Assembly: GCA_965238005.1 (NCBI GenBank) | Contig: OZ250165.1 | Span: forward strand, 4,064,001-4,128,000 | Length of the DNA stretch: 64,000 nucleotides | Direction: 5' to 3' | From: Longimicrobiales bacterium | Lineage (GTDB): Bacteria; Gemmatimonadota; Gemmatimonadetes; Longimicrobiales; Gaopeijiaceae | In this document: piece after piece, positions 9,701 to 19,496 of the stretch | Layout of the letters: every line of letters starts with the position of its first letter | Numbering within the stretch: the first letter of the stretch is position 1 | Translations under genes and position numbers: made by a program | Notes under the pieces: model-generated | Databases searched by the model: none | Told to the model about the DNA's origin: nothing | The model's input: only the letters and a program-made list of their open reading frames with translations

Positions 9701-10236
9701 GTGTCCTCAGGTGAGTACGACGAAGCCGCCCGCTTCGACATCCAGAGCGACTTCGAGCGCTTCAATCAGAAGAACGACGTGTTCAGGCGATCGTGGTGGG
9801 ACGAGCGCCCTCAGAGCGAGAAGACCCGGCTCTTCTACGCCACCCACCGGGAGCCGCTGAGGATATGGCGGAAAGCCAACGGCTTCACCCGAAGGATTAC
9901 GCTTTCCGGAAACGCCTCGGGATCACGCGGTTCGACGAGCGCTGGATGTACGTCAGCAAGTTCAGCGACCTGAGCCGGAGGGAGAAGCCCTAGGAGATCC
10001 CCGAGGGCATGACGAGTGTCATCGTGACAGCCTAGTCCATCGACGTTCGATCTGCGTGCGCGTCTGTCCCTATAACCGTGCGCGTCTGTCCCTATAACAA
10101 GGACTACTCCAAGTGGTGGTTCCGCGTGGGGCGCTGGCTGGCCGGTACTCCCCTCAGGCGTCTGATGCCATGGCTCGATGTCAAGCGGGGGTACGGAAAA
10201 CGCCTGGCCCCTCGGGAGTGGTGGGCGAGTCGCTGA
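9701..10236 (+). pseudogene. Reductive dehalogenase (RdhA-like) remnant
   Basis: Ordered fragments FNQKNDVFRRSWWD, GITRFDERWMY, SICVRVCPYNK..LD..GYGKR..WW; frameshift, two TAG stops, large deletions. Confidence 0.75.
10055..10098 (+). repeat. Perfect 22-bp tandem duplication
   Basis: CGTGCGCGTCTGTCCCTATAAC x2. Confidence 0.95.
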
Positions 10237-10308
10237 CGCGGAGGGGCGGCATGCTTTCCCCGAGCACGGGGCCGCCGGGGGACTCCCGCCGCTGCCATGA
10301 GCCCCCCG

Positions 10309-10881
10309 TCAGCCCAGCAGCGTCATCTTGAGCAGCAGCACGCCGTAGCCGGCCACGGCACCGAGCCCGGCCTCCCACTCCCGGTTTCTCAGGTATTGCG
10401 CCAGGGAGAAGCCCCCAGTCTCCGCGCCCGTCCCGGTTCCCGCCCCCGATCCCTCCCTGCGGTACGGGGAGAGGCGAGGAACGAAGGGCGGCACCGCCGC
10501 CGCATAGGTCCGGTAGGGCTCACCGAAGGCCTCCTCTAGCTCCGCCTCTTCAAGAAGGGCAGTGGCTCGGTAGACGGAGAGGTAGAAGGCCAAGAACAGG
10601 ACCATGAACATCCACTGGCCACCCGCCATCGTGACGCCGAGACCCAGAAAGAAGCTGCCCAAATACAACGGGTTGCGTGTATAGGCGTAGGGTCCCGTAG
10701 TGGCGAGCTCCTCGTTCTTTCGGATGGATCCCGCCGCCCACGCCCGGATCGCCAACCCCACCACCCCTAGCGCCGCCCCTACGGCCAGGGCCGCGGCAAA
10801 AGGCGTCGCGAAGTAGTAGAAGGGGATGAGGAGGAGCCAGACGGCTCTCAGGCGAAGCTTTCGGAGTGGAAGTGGCACCAA
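10309..10881 (-). CDS. Isoprenylcysteine carboxyl methyltransferase / phospholipid methyltransferase family membrane protein
   Basis: LATTGPYAYTRNPLYLG, EE..L..FGE.Y..Y..VP.F.P. Confidence 0.88.
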   Translation of the reverse strand: MVPLPLRKLRLRAVWLLLIPFYYFATPFAAALAVGAALGVVGLAIRAWAAGSIRKNEELATTGPYAYTRNPLYLGSFFLGLGVTMAGGQWMFMVLFLAFYLSVYRATALLEEAELEEAFGEPYRTYAAAVPPFVPRLSPYRREGSGAGTGTGAETGGFSLAQYLRNREWEAGLGAVAGYGVLLLKMTLLG

Positions 10882-10902
10882 CCCCGGCTAGTTACAGGCC
10901 CA

Positions 10903-11742
10903 CTAATAGCCGCTCGCCCCAGGATGGATGGGCGTGCCTGGCGTGATGTTCCGGAGATGCAGGGTCACGGAGCCGGCGACGGGGATTTTGATGCGGAGAT
11001 AGACTAGATAACGGTTTTCGTCGTCCGTGAAGTGGAGCTCCGCCTCACCCCCCTCGCTGAAGAGCCCGCGGGTCTTGATGACGGGCCGGACCACGATGGT
11101 GTTGAAGGTGCCGACAGGAGTCTCGCGGACCTCCTTGCGCTCAACCTTGATGATGACCGGATTGCCTTCCTTCTTGAAGAAGCGCGGAACCGTGTAGGTC
11201 TTGCCGACCTCGAGAGGGAGGGTCCGCACGAAGTAGATGAAGGCGATTTCGTCCAGGGGCAGAGCCGTCGCAAGGTCGCCGAACTCTTCGTTGTCCGTCC
11301 GCTCCCAGTACAGCTCTTCGGGATAAAGCTCGTAGTACCGGTAGCTCTTGTAGCTGAGATCGTGAATGTCCTGGATATAGCGCCGGGAGATGATGAGGCG
11401 TGTGTCGATCCATGAGTCGTAGAGGTCGTCGACCTTGGCGGCGCCGAATAGGAGGCTCCCTCGAAGAGCCATCTGGACGTGATACGTGGGCTCCCCGCGG
11501 ATCGAGTCCACGCCGAGGACCTCCATGTAGGCGTCGCCGGCGGGGAAGACGCCGATCTTGACCTGATACTCGAGGCGCTCGCCGGGCCCCCACGGGACCA
11601 CGGCGGCGAACGGGTCGACCTCGTACTGGACGACCGCCGTCGAATCGCCTGCCGCGACGTCGAGGGTGTCACCATTCGTGGACCCGATGGACACCTGCGC
11701 CGTCACCCCGAAAGACGCGACGAGTACGAGGAATCCAGCCAT
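10903..11742 (-). CDS. DUF3108 domain exported protein
   Basis: Signal peptide, PWGPGERLEY.V, ETPVGTFNT, TDD.NR; start may be near 11760. Confidence 0.8.
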   Translation of the reverse strand: MAGFLVLVASFGVTAQVSIGSTNGDTLDVAAGDSTAVVQYEVDPFAAVVPWGPGERLEYQVKIGVFPAGDAYMEVLGVDSIRGEPTYHVQMALRGSLLFGAAKVDDLYDSWIDTRLIISRRYIQDIHDLSYKSYRYYELYPEELYWERTDNEEFGDLATALPLDEIAFIYFVRTLPLEVGKTYTVPRFFKKEGNPVIIKVERKEVRETPVGTFNTIVVRPVIKTRGLFSEGGEAELHFTDDENRYLVYLRIKIPVAGSVTLHLRNITPGTPIHPGASGY

Positions 11743-11756
11743 CCAAGCCAAGCGTA

Positions 11757-12509
11757 TCAGTCCGCTTTCCTCCGTTCGAGACCTTCCCACTTCTCTCGTC
11801 GTACACGGAGCAGGCCGCGAAGGGTTCGCACCGGCCTGAATCTCGAGGGACGCCGCCTGATGTCGTATCGGAGATTCAGCGGCGCCTCGGTAATGCGCCG
11901 GGCATACGGTGCCACGATCCCGAGGAGCTCGAAGTTCGCCGCCCAGCCGTCCTTCGACAGGAGGGGGCCGTCGGGCAGATCCCGGAGCGCCTTCTTGAGA
12001 ACGATGAGTCGATAGGCGCGGAACCCACAGAGCGGATCGGATACGGGAGCGCCGGCATGGGCCTTCCCCAGGAGAAGCGGAGCCATCCACCGCGCTACCC
12101 TTACCGGGCGGGGGACAGAACGACCGTTTGCCACGATGCTGCCGGCCACCACGTCGGCACCGCCCTCCAATGCCTTCACAAGGGGACCGATGTGCTCGGG
12201 GTTCTCCGTGAAGTCGCCCTGGAGCACGACCGCCGCGTCTCTCTTCGGATAGCTCGTTCGACGCAGTGTCTCCCGGAGTAGCCGCTCGACGGCACGGGGA
12301 TAGCCCACCCGGCGTCCCTCGCGAAGGACACGGACGGGCAGCACTTTAAGGTACCGCTCGAGGACCTCGGAGGTCTCGTCGGTGGAGGCGTCGTCGAGGA
12401 TCAGGACCTCGTACTCCCGCCCGAACTCGAGCATCACCTTCCGGATCTTCCAGAGGAGCACCCCGATGGTTCGGCCTTCGTTGTGGGCGGGAATGCAGAC
12501 GTAGATCAA
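11757..12509 (-). CDS. Glycosyltransferase family 2
   Basis: IPAHNE, DDASTDET, SDPLCGFRAY. Confidence 0.88.
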   Translation of the reverse strand: MIYVCIPAHNEGRTIGVLLWKIRKVMLEFGREYEVLILDDASTDETSEVLERYLKVLPVRVLREGRRVGYPRAVERLLRETLRRTSYPKRDAAVVLQGDFTENPEHIGPLVKALEGGADVVAGSIVANGRSVPRPVRVARWMAPLLLGKAHAGAPVSDPLCGFRAYRLIVLKKALRDLPDGPLLSKDGWAANFELLGIVAPYARRITEAPLNLRYDIRRRPSRFRPVRTLRGLLRVRREKWEGLERRKAD

Positions 12510-12595
12510 CGGCTCAGACCATTAGAAGGCTGTCGAAGAAGCCAGCCCGGGGAGCACGCACCGGGAACGAGCGGAAATCTAATACAGAAGCTCGG

Positions 12596-13501
12596 TCAGC
12601 GCGGTTCCGGAGACGGCCGTGTCTTCCAGCGCCGGTGCTGCCAGAAGTACTGCTCGGGGGCCTCCCGTATGCGCTGCTCCAAAATGGAGGTATAACGTTG
12701 TGTCAGCTCCAGGATCGCCTCCTCGGCAGGTGCGTCCCGGGGAATCAGCACCCTCTCGACCTTGACCCCATAGCGGGAGGGCCAGCCCGGGAGGCGGACG
12801 GCGGTACCGAGAAAGACGGGCGCGCCACTCCGCAGGGCGAACAGGGCCGGACCCTTCGCGGTCGCGGCGGGGCTTCCGAAGAAGTCGACGAAGACACCTC
12901 GCTTGCGGATGTTCTGATCCGCCACGAAGGCGGCGACTCGTCCCGCCGACAAGGAGCGGAGCGCGAGGCGAAACGCGTCGTTCTTGACGATCACCGTGAG
13001 TCCCAAACGCTCGCGAGTCTTCACGAGGTAGCGGTCGAAAAGCGGGTTCTTCTGCCGGTGTGCCACCACATCCATCGGCACACCCCTGGCTGCGGCGGAG
13101 GCGCCGGCCACCTCCCAGTTGCCCAGGTGTGCGGAGATGACGACGGCACCGGCGCCCTCCTCCACCGCCGCTCTGAACTCCTCGAACCCCTCCATGTCGG
13201 TGCGCCGCACGACCTCCTGCGGATCCATGCGGGAAAGGCGGAAGGCCATGGCCGCCTCTCGGGCGACGTGGCGGTAGCTGTCCCGGGCGATGCGCGTCCT
13301 CCACGCGGAGCCCTGCTCGGGAAACGCCATGGCGAGATGACGGTCCACGTCCGTCCGCCGGATCCGGAAGGCGACTCCGCCCAGCCATCCCAAGGTCGCG
13401 CAGAGGCTGAGGGCCACCCGCTCCGGAAGCACCACGACGATCCAGGAAAGCACTCGGAAGACCATGAACTCCAGGCGATGCCGGAGAGACACCGGTCTCA
13501 T
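12596..13501 (-). CDS. lpxL: Lipid A late acyltransferase (LpxL/HtrB family)
   Basis: HLGNWE, ADQ, FFG, PEQYFWQHRRWKTRP. Confidence 0.88.
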   Translation of the reverse strand: MRPVSLRHRLEFMVFRVLSWIVVVLPERVALSLCATLGWLGGVAFRIRRTDVDRHLAMAFPEQGSAWRTRIARDSYRHVAREAAMAFRLSRMDPQEVVRRTDMEGFEEFRAAVEEGAGAVVISAHLGNWEVAGASAAARGVPMDVVAHRQKNPLFDRYLVKTRERLGLTVIVKNDAFRLALRSLSAGRVAAFVADQNIRKRGVFVDFFGSPAATAKGPALFALRSGAPVFLGTAVRLPGWPSRYGVKVERVLIPRDAPAEEAILELTQRYTSILEQRIREAPEQYFWQHRRWKTRPSPEPR

Positions 13502-15459
13502 GGCGCCACGGCTTCGCCCACGGTGGGCTCCCCTTCATCGGACCCGTGCGGCGGGTCATCAGCCTCCACGACTGCGGCGCCAGCGTGCGCCTCCTCCGAC
13601 GGTGGATCGGAGAACTGAAGCTCATAGAGCCGTCGGTAGAGTCCGCCCGCAGCGTAAAGCGACTCATGTTCACCCCGCTCCACGATCCGTCCCTCGTCGA
13701 GGACGATGATCAAGTCAGCACGCTGGACGGTGGAGAGTCGGTGGGCGATGACCAGCACGGTCCGTCCCGCGAGGAGGTGCTCCACCGCCTCCTGGACCAG
13801 CCGCTCCGACTCTGTGTCCAGGGCGCTAGTGGCCTCGTCGAAGATGAGGATGGGTGGGTCCCGGAGGATCGCCCGGGCGATTGCGACACGCTGCCGCTGC
13901 CCGCCGGAGAGCCGGGTGCCCCGCTCTCCCACCACAGTGTCGTATCCCTCGGGCAACTCCACGATGAAGTCGTGGGCATTGGCCGCGCGCGCCGCCCGCT
14001 CGACCTCGTCCTGGGACGCGTCAGACGCCCCATACGCGATGTTGGCCCTCACGGTATCGTGGAAGAGCACCGTCTCCTGAGAGACGATCCCCATGGCGCC
14101 CCTCAGGCTCGCGATGGTGAGGTCCCTGACGTCGACGCCTTCGACGGTGACCCGGCCGGCCGTCACGTCGTAGAATCGCCCGAGCAGGTCCGCGATGGTC
14201 GTCTTGCCACCCCCACTGGGTCCCACCAGGGCGACGACGCTACCCGTCGGCACGTCGAACGAGATCCCGTGGAGAACCGGCTCTCCGGACTCGTACTCGA
14301 AGTCCACGTCCTCGAAGGCGATCCCCGCATCGGGGCCCACCATGGGCTGGGCTCCCGCACGGTCCCGGATCTCCACCGGCGCGTCGAGGAACTCGAAGAC
14401 CCGCTCGGCGCCCACGAGGCCGGGCTGAACGAGCGCCGGGAACTTGGCGGCGTACTTCACGGGGGCATACAGCTTCAGACTGAGGGCCAGGAACCCGACG
14501 AACTGGGCGCCGCTCAGCTCGCCCTGCACGACCACCAGGCGCGTCCCGTACCAGAGGATGACGACGGTGCCGATGGTCGCCAGCGTCTCGGTGAGGGGTC
14601 CGGCCAACGCCCTCAGTCGCTCCGTCTTGAGGAAGGTCTCGTAGTAGGCGCCGGTGATGCCGTGGAAGCGACTCCGCTCTCTCTCCTCGGCTGCCGAAGA
14701 CTTCACCAGCCGGATTCCCGACAGCGTCTCCTGGACGTGGGCGTTCACCTCTCCCGCCAAATCCAGCACCCGCCGGTCACCACCACGCAGGCGCTTCACC
14801 AGGGGCCCCCAGATGCCCATCGTGCCGGGAATCACGATGAAGGCCGCCAGGGTGAGCTTCCAAGACAGGATGATCATGAACGCCACAGCGGCCGAGAACT
14901 CGAAGGCCGAGGACAGGATCCTGGCCATCTCCTTGGTGATGAGCCGGCGGACCTGCTCCACGTCATGGGTGAGGCGCGACACGATCTGCCCCACACGGGT
15001 ACGACCGAAGAACGCCAGATCCAGCTCCAGAAGATGATCGTACACCTCGTTCCGGAGGTCGCGGGTCACTGACTGCTCCGCCCGAGCCACCAGGTAAGTC
15101 CGCCCGAAGTCGAAGACGTTCTTCACGGCGAAGACCGCCAGGATCAACAGGATGATCCCCTGCACCGCCTCGAGAGGGTCTCCCTCGATGTCCACGATCC
15201 GGTAGACCGTGGCGTCAAGGAGCCTGGTCATCAGGTCGGGATCTGCCCCTACCGTCGCGGGCCCGACGGCCCCGGCCGCGCCTCCAACAGCGCCGCCTCC
15301 GGTCGCCTGTCTGGAAAAGAGGGTCTCGACGAAGGGGATGAGCAGCACGAACGCAGAGGCGTCGAGGGCCGCGAATATGAAGGTGGCCACCACCGCCGCC
15401 GAGAAGACGACGGCGTGGGGTCCCAGGTAGGAAAGGATCCGGAGATAGAGCTTCACCAA
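13498..15459 (-). CDS. msbA: Lipid A export ABC transporter ATP-binding/permease (MsbA-like)
   Basis: TM domain, GPSGGGKT, LSGGQRQ, DEATSALD; translationally coupled to lpxL. Confidence 0.85.
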   Translation of the reverse strand: MVKLYLRILSYLGPHAVVFSAAVVATFIFAALDASAFVLLIPFVETLFSRQATGGGAVGGAAGAVGPATVGADPDLMTRLLDATVYRIVDIEGDPLEAVQGIILLILAVFAVKNVFDFGRTYLVARAEQSVTRDLRNEVYDHLLELDLAFFGRTRVGQIVSRLTHDVEQVRRLITKEMARILSSAFEFSAAVAFMIILSWKLTLAAFIVIPGTMGIWGPLVKRLRGGDRRVLDLAGEVNAHVQETLSGIRLVKSSAAEERERSRFHGITGAYYETFLKTERLRALAGPLTETLATIGTVVILWYGTRLVVVQGELSGAQFVGFLALSLKLYAPVKYAAKFPALVQPGLVGAERVFEFLDAPVEIRDRAGAQPMVGPDAGIAFEDVDFEYESGEPVLHGISFDVPTGSVVALVGPSGGGKTTIADLLGRFYDVTAGRVTVEGVDVRDLTIASLRGAMGIVSQETVLFHDTVRANIAYGASDASQDEVERAARAANAHDFIVELPEGYDTVVGERGTRLSGGQRQRVAIARAILRDPPILIFDEATSALDTESERLVQEAVEHLLAGRTVLVIAHRLSTVQRADLIIVLDEGRIVERGEHESLYAAGGLYRRLYELQFSDPPSEEAHAGAAVVEADDPPHGSDEGEPTVGEAVAP

Positions 15460-15525
15460 AGTCGGCCCGAAGGTCTCTCGTCCTCTGGTTGGTTCATCAG
15501 GGTGAAGCTACCGTATTCTCCTACC

Positions 15526-16220
15526 GTGCAGAACTCCAGCCCGATTCGATCGATCCACGCCATCGGCAGCCGCCACCTGGGTGGGGCCGAGGCGTTCTTC
15601 GCCAGGCTGCTCAGGGGTCTTAACGGCCGGGGCTATCGGTCCACGGGTGTCGTCCGCTCGGGCAGCCCTCTCAAGCACGAGCTCAGCGACGTCCCCACGA
15701 CTGGCACGGGCATGCGCAACGGATTGGACGTCTTCACGATCTGGAAGATCCGAGGGCTCATCCGGCGACACCGCCCCGCCGTGGTCCCGACGTATCTGGG
15801 GCGGGCCAGCCGGCTGACCCGGATTCCCAGGGAGAGCGAGACGCTTCACGTAGCGCGTCTGGGCGGGTTCTACCGGGCCAATGCCTACCGGCGTGCCGAC
15901 TCCCGGTCGGCAACACACTGGGCATCTGCGATCATCTGACCGGTCTCGGGTTCCCGCGGGAGCGCGTCTTCCATATCGGCAACTTCGTCGCGGACTTGCG
16001 ATCCTCGAGGCCTGGTTCCACGGCGCCTCGGTGGTCACCACACGGAGCCTCGGTGCCGAGGAGCTGGTCACGGAGGGCGAGGACGGGCTGCTGGCGCCGG
16101 TGGCCGATCCCGAAGGACTGGCGCATCGGATTCAGGATCTTCTCGACGCCGACGGCAGGCAGGTGGGGGCCCTGGTCAGGGCAGGCCGTCGAACTGTGGA
16201 GGAGCCGATCGGCGGTCTAG
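15526..16220 (+). pseudogene. GT4 glycosyltransferase remnant
   Basis: GGAEAFF..ARLGGFY N-domain, frameshift near 15900, then a jump to GLAILEAW..GLLAPVADP; middle deleted. Confidence 0.75.
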
Positions 16221-17791
16221 GGTCCGGTCGAGCGAGGAGTGAGCCGGGCGACGGGCACGATCATCTCCTCCGGCGAGATGCCCCCGTGGAGGAACGAGTT
16301 CCGGTACCGCCGCTGGTACTCCCTCAGCTTGGTCGGATAGACGAAGAAGTAGTCCTCCAGCGCCAGGACGTATGTCGTGCCCAGCTTTCCCCCGGGAAGG
16401 CGGAGGTCTTCGCTCCTTGGCGTCGCGAATGCCGCCCGCGCATCCTCCGCCCTGAGGTCCTGACCGAACTTGTAACGAAGGTTGCTGGTGGCATCACGTC
16501 TGGCGAACACCGTCGCCGGATGCTGGCACAGGATGGAGCCGTGATCGGTGGTCATGATCACCTTTTGGCCGGCCGCGGCCGCCTCTTTGAGAACGGAGAA
16601 GGCCGTCGATCTCTTGAACCACGCCCTCGTCAGACCTCGAAGCGCCGCCTCGTCCTTCGCCACCTCCATGAGGATGGGCGATTCGCTTCGTCCGTGTGTC
16701 ATGAGGTCCACGAAGTTGAAGACCATTGCGATCACTGATCCGGGCTGCTTGAGGGCCGAGCCGACGCGGCCCCGTACCTGATCGCCGTCACGGTCGGTGA
16801 AGATCTTCTCGTAGTGCACCGGGACGGTGCGACCCGTGAGACGCTCCAGCTGGGCCTCCAGCAACTCGTCCTCGAAGGCGTTCAGGCTGCCCTCGTCGTC
16901 GGAGCGATTCCACCAGCTGGGCCGGTCTTCGGCGATTTGATCCGGAAACTGACCGCTGAACAGGGCGTTCCTGGCGTAGGGCGTGGCGGTGGGCAAGATC
17001 GAATAGTGGTACGACTCCTCGATGTCGAAGTGCTGCGCGATGAGCGGGGCGATGACCCGCCACTGGTCCAGCCGCATGCAGTCCAGGACCACCAGGAACA
17101 CCGGATCCTCACCCAGCAGCGGAACGAGGTGCTCCCGGACCACGTCCACGGAGAGAGGCGGGCACTCCCCTTCGCCACGCATCCAGCGGGGATACTCCCT
17201 ACCGATCCAACGACCGAAATCGCTGCGCAGGTCGGTCATGAGCGCCTGGACGGTATCCAGGAGCCCCGCCTCCCCCGCCTCCTCGAGTCGTACGTGCCAG
17301 TCCGTGAGCTCGATGTACACTTCGGCGAAGTCGTCCGGACTCCGGGCCTCCTGCCGCTTCATCGAGAGCCGTCCGAAGCGCGACGCGAAGTCCTGTGCCA
17401 CCCGTTGCTGCCGTATGTTGGACCCCTCCAGAATACGGGTCACGACGGAGAGCACCTGACGGGGGCTGGTGGGCTTCACGAGGTAGTCGGCCACGCGCCG
17501 TCCGATGGCCTCGGTCATGGTGTGGTCCTCTTGGGACTTGGTCACCATCACCACCTGTGCGTGCGGATCCTCCCGGCGCAGAATCTCCAGTACCTCCATG
17601 CCCCGCCTCCCAGGCATCTGCTCGTCGAGAAGTACGAGGTCGTAGGCGTGCTTCCGCATCAACACGAGCGCGTCGTCGCCGTTGGTGATGGCGTCGACGT
17701 GGTACCCCCGCGCCTGCAGAAACAGGAGGTGGGGCTTGAGAAGGTCGATCTCGTCGTCGACCCAGAGGATGCGCTTTCCTGACGATTCCAT
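16217..17791 (-). CDS. PorX-like response regulator with PglZ (alkaline phosphatase superfamily) domain
   Basis: ILWVDDEIDLLKPH, LLDEQMPG receiver; LPTATPYARNALFSG, TTDHG, HGGIS. Confidence 0.9.
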   Translation of the reverse strand: MESSGKRILWVDDEIDLLKPHLLFLQARGYHVDAITNGDDALVLMRKHAYDLVLLDEQMPGRRGMEVLEILRREDPHAQVVMVTKSQEDHTMTEAIGRRVADYLVKPTSPRQVLSVVTRILEGSNIRQQRVAQDFASRFGRLSMKRQEARSPDDFAEVYIELTDWHVRLEEAGEAGLLDTVQALMTDLRSDFGRWIGREYPRWMRGEGECPPLSVDVVREHLVPLLGEDPVFLVVLDCMRLDQWRVIAPLIAQHFDIEESYHYSILPTATPYARNALFSGQFPDQIAEDRPSWWNRSDDEGSLNAFEDELLEAQLERLTGRTVPVHYEKIFTDRDGDQVRGRVGSALKQPGSVIAMVFNFVDLMTHGRSESPILMEVAKDEAALRGLTRAWFKRSTAFSVLKEAAAAGQKVIMTTDHGSILCQHPATVFARRDATSNLRYKFGQDLRAEDARAAFATPRSEDLRLPGGKLGTTYVLALEDYFFVYPTKLREYQRRYRNSFLHGGISPEEMIVPVARLTPRSTGP

Positions 17792-17884
17792 GGCGGAAAC
17801 CTACACCCGGCCTCGGGCTGAAAGAAGGTACGAGCCGAATCTCCGGGCTCCCCCCGCGCGCCGGTGGACAGCGGTCGACACGAG

Positions 17885-18205
17885 TCAGATTCCGGCCCGA
17901 AGCTCGAGCTCGACCAAGAATCCGTGGTCCGAGAGGATGGGGTATCTGGACAAGGTGAGGAGCCCTCCACTGCAATCCCGCCGGAGGAAGCCCAGGGCCC
18001 ACTGCTCGCAGAGTGCCTTTTCCCAAACCTGGTACGCGTCGCCGAGGTACTTTACGGCGAAGGGCCTGAAGTCGATGTCGAAGGCCTCCTGAAGCGGGAT
18101 GACGGTCCGGCTCAGCTCCAAATCCTCGAGGGGATCATCGGGAGACGTGCCCTTCTGTCCATGCCCGGAAGTGCGATCGGCAGAGCCCAGACGTTGAAGG
18201 TGTGA
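17885..18205 (-). pseudogene. Endonuclease/exonuclease/phosphatase (sphingomyelinase-like) remnant
   Basis: TFNVWALP..RRARL, LQEAF, SGGLLTLSRYPI, SDH motifs in order, split across frames and much too close together. Confidence 0.65.
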
Positions 18206-18329
18206 CCTGCTCGCCTATCCGCAACCTCGCAGACATTCAGAGGAGCGCAATTGAGCCTGGTGTCTCTCGCGCCCAGCGACCTGACGTACGGGGCCGACGG
18301 ATTGACCGCTCGGGGCGGTCGAGCCCGAC

Positions 18330-18650
18330 GCCCGCGAGGGCATCGTCTTCCAGACGACGACGGGCGAAGGAACCGCCACATGGGTCCAGACGCGGCGCAA
18401 CCCCGCCGCCGGCGTGGCCTCGTACGCGTATGTCATACCGGGCCACCGGGCCACGATGGTGGATGTTGGTGTGGACCCCGCCGGTGAGGACCGTGGCCGA
18501 GCGCGGGTGACGTATCGGATGACGTCCCTTACGTCCGATGCCGACGCCTTCGTCCGGGAGTGCGGCGACGGGTTCGGCGAGTTCATGGCCCAGTGGGAGG
18601 AGGCCATTCAGAGACATGTCGTGGAGGGCGCGCCGCCAGCTGAGGACTGA
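18330..18650 (+). pseudogene. C-terminal remnant of a START/SRPBCC-like protein
   Basis: GIVFQT..ATW..RARVTYRMTSLT..F..FMAQWEEAI; no intact N-terminus. Confidence 0.45.
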
Positions 18651-18678
18651 TATCCGCCGGGCGCGGGCGGGCGGATCG

Positions 18679-19350
18679 CTACATGCTGATGGTGTAGGGA
18701 AACCAGGAGCCCACGGCCTTCCCGCCCTTCTTGGCCGGCTCGAAGATCCACTCCGAGGCTTCACGGACGAGGCGACTGTTGAAGTCGCGGTCAGACGTAG
18801 GCGGCCTCAGCCGTGTTGAGTCGGCCACCACGCGACCCAGCTCGTTCACGAACACCCAGACCTGGACCTTCTGGCCTCTGAGGCTCTTGTTGGCCGGCGG
18901 GATGATCATCCCCCGGGGTGAGGGCGGCACCAAGCGGAAGAACCCCTCCGCGGCATTGCCTCCGTCGCCTCTGCCATCCCCCTCGGGGAGACCCGGTCCG
19001 TCGTTCCCCGGCCGGTCGCCAAGGATGGAGGCCGTCTCGATCTCCTGCTCCATCTCCGTCTCCACCTGCAGGACGGGCTCGAAGGTGGGCAGGGGGATCC
19101 TCGGAGGAATGATGGGGCGCGGTGGAGGGATTCTGAGGCTGACGGTCTGCATCCCACCGGACGCAGCTCGGTTGTCCCCGGCGCGGGGACCCGCCGCGGC
19201 GAAGGGGGATTCAACGGGACTCTCGCCCCACCAGAAGAAGAACACGAAGAGGTGCACGACCACAGACGCCACGAGCCCGTTCCGCCAGTACCTACGCTCG
19301 GCGAAACGTCTCTCCGCGTTACTGAGACGGTGGATGTCCTGGGTGGTCAT
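18679..19350 (-). CDS. TonB-like energy transducer protein
   Basis: SVVVH TM helix, Pro-rich linker, VFVNELGRV..WIFEPAKKGGKAV C-domain. Confidence 0.7.
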   Translation of the reverse strand: MTTQDIHRLSNAERRFAERRYWRNGLVASVVVHLFVFFFWWGESPVESPFAAAGPRAGDNRAASGGMQTVSLRIPPPRPIIPPRIPLPTFEPVLQVETEMEQEIETASILGDRPGNDGPGLPEGDGRGDGGNAAEGFFRLVPPSPRGMIIPPANKSLRGQKVQVWVFVNELGRVVADSTRLRPPTSDRDFNSRLVREASEWIFEPAKKGGKAVGSWFPYTISM

Positions 19351-19496
19351 CTGGAATCGGTCACCTCATACCTGAGGCAACTGGCACCCTTATAGTACCG
19401 CATAGTACCGCCTGATGCGTGTGCGGGTTTCGTCCACGGCAACCCAACCCGTAGCCTACCGAGCAAGATCCCGAACTCACAATTCAGTATCGGCAG

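Noticed and set aside
9991..10034. Stop-codon recoding (TAG readthrough) in the RdhA fragment
   Set aside because: Frameshifts and deletions also occur, and TAG is used as a normal stop throughout the window
16217..17791. BREX defence system (PglZ)
   Set aside because: PglZ is fused to a receiver domain as in PorX, and no brx/pgl genes are nearby
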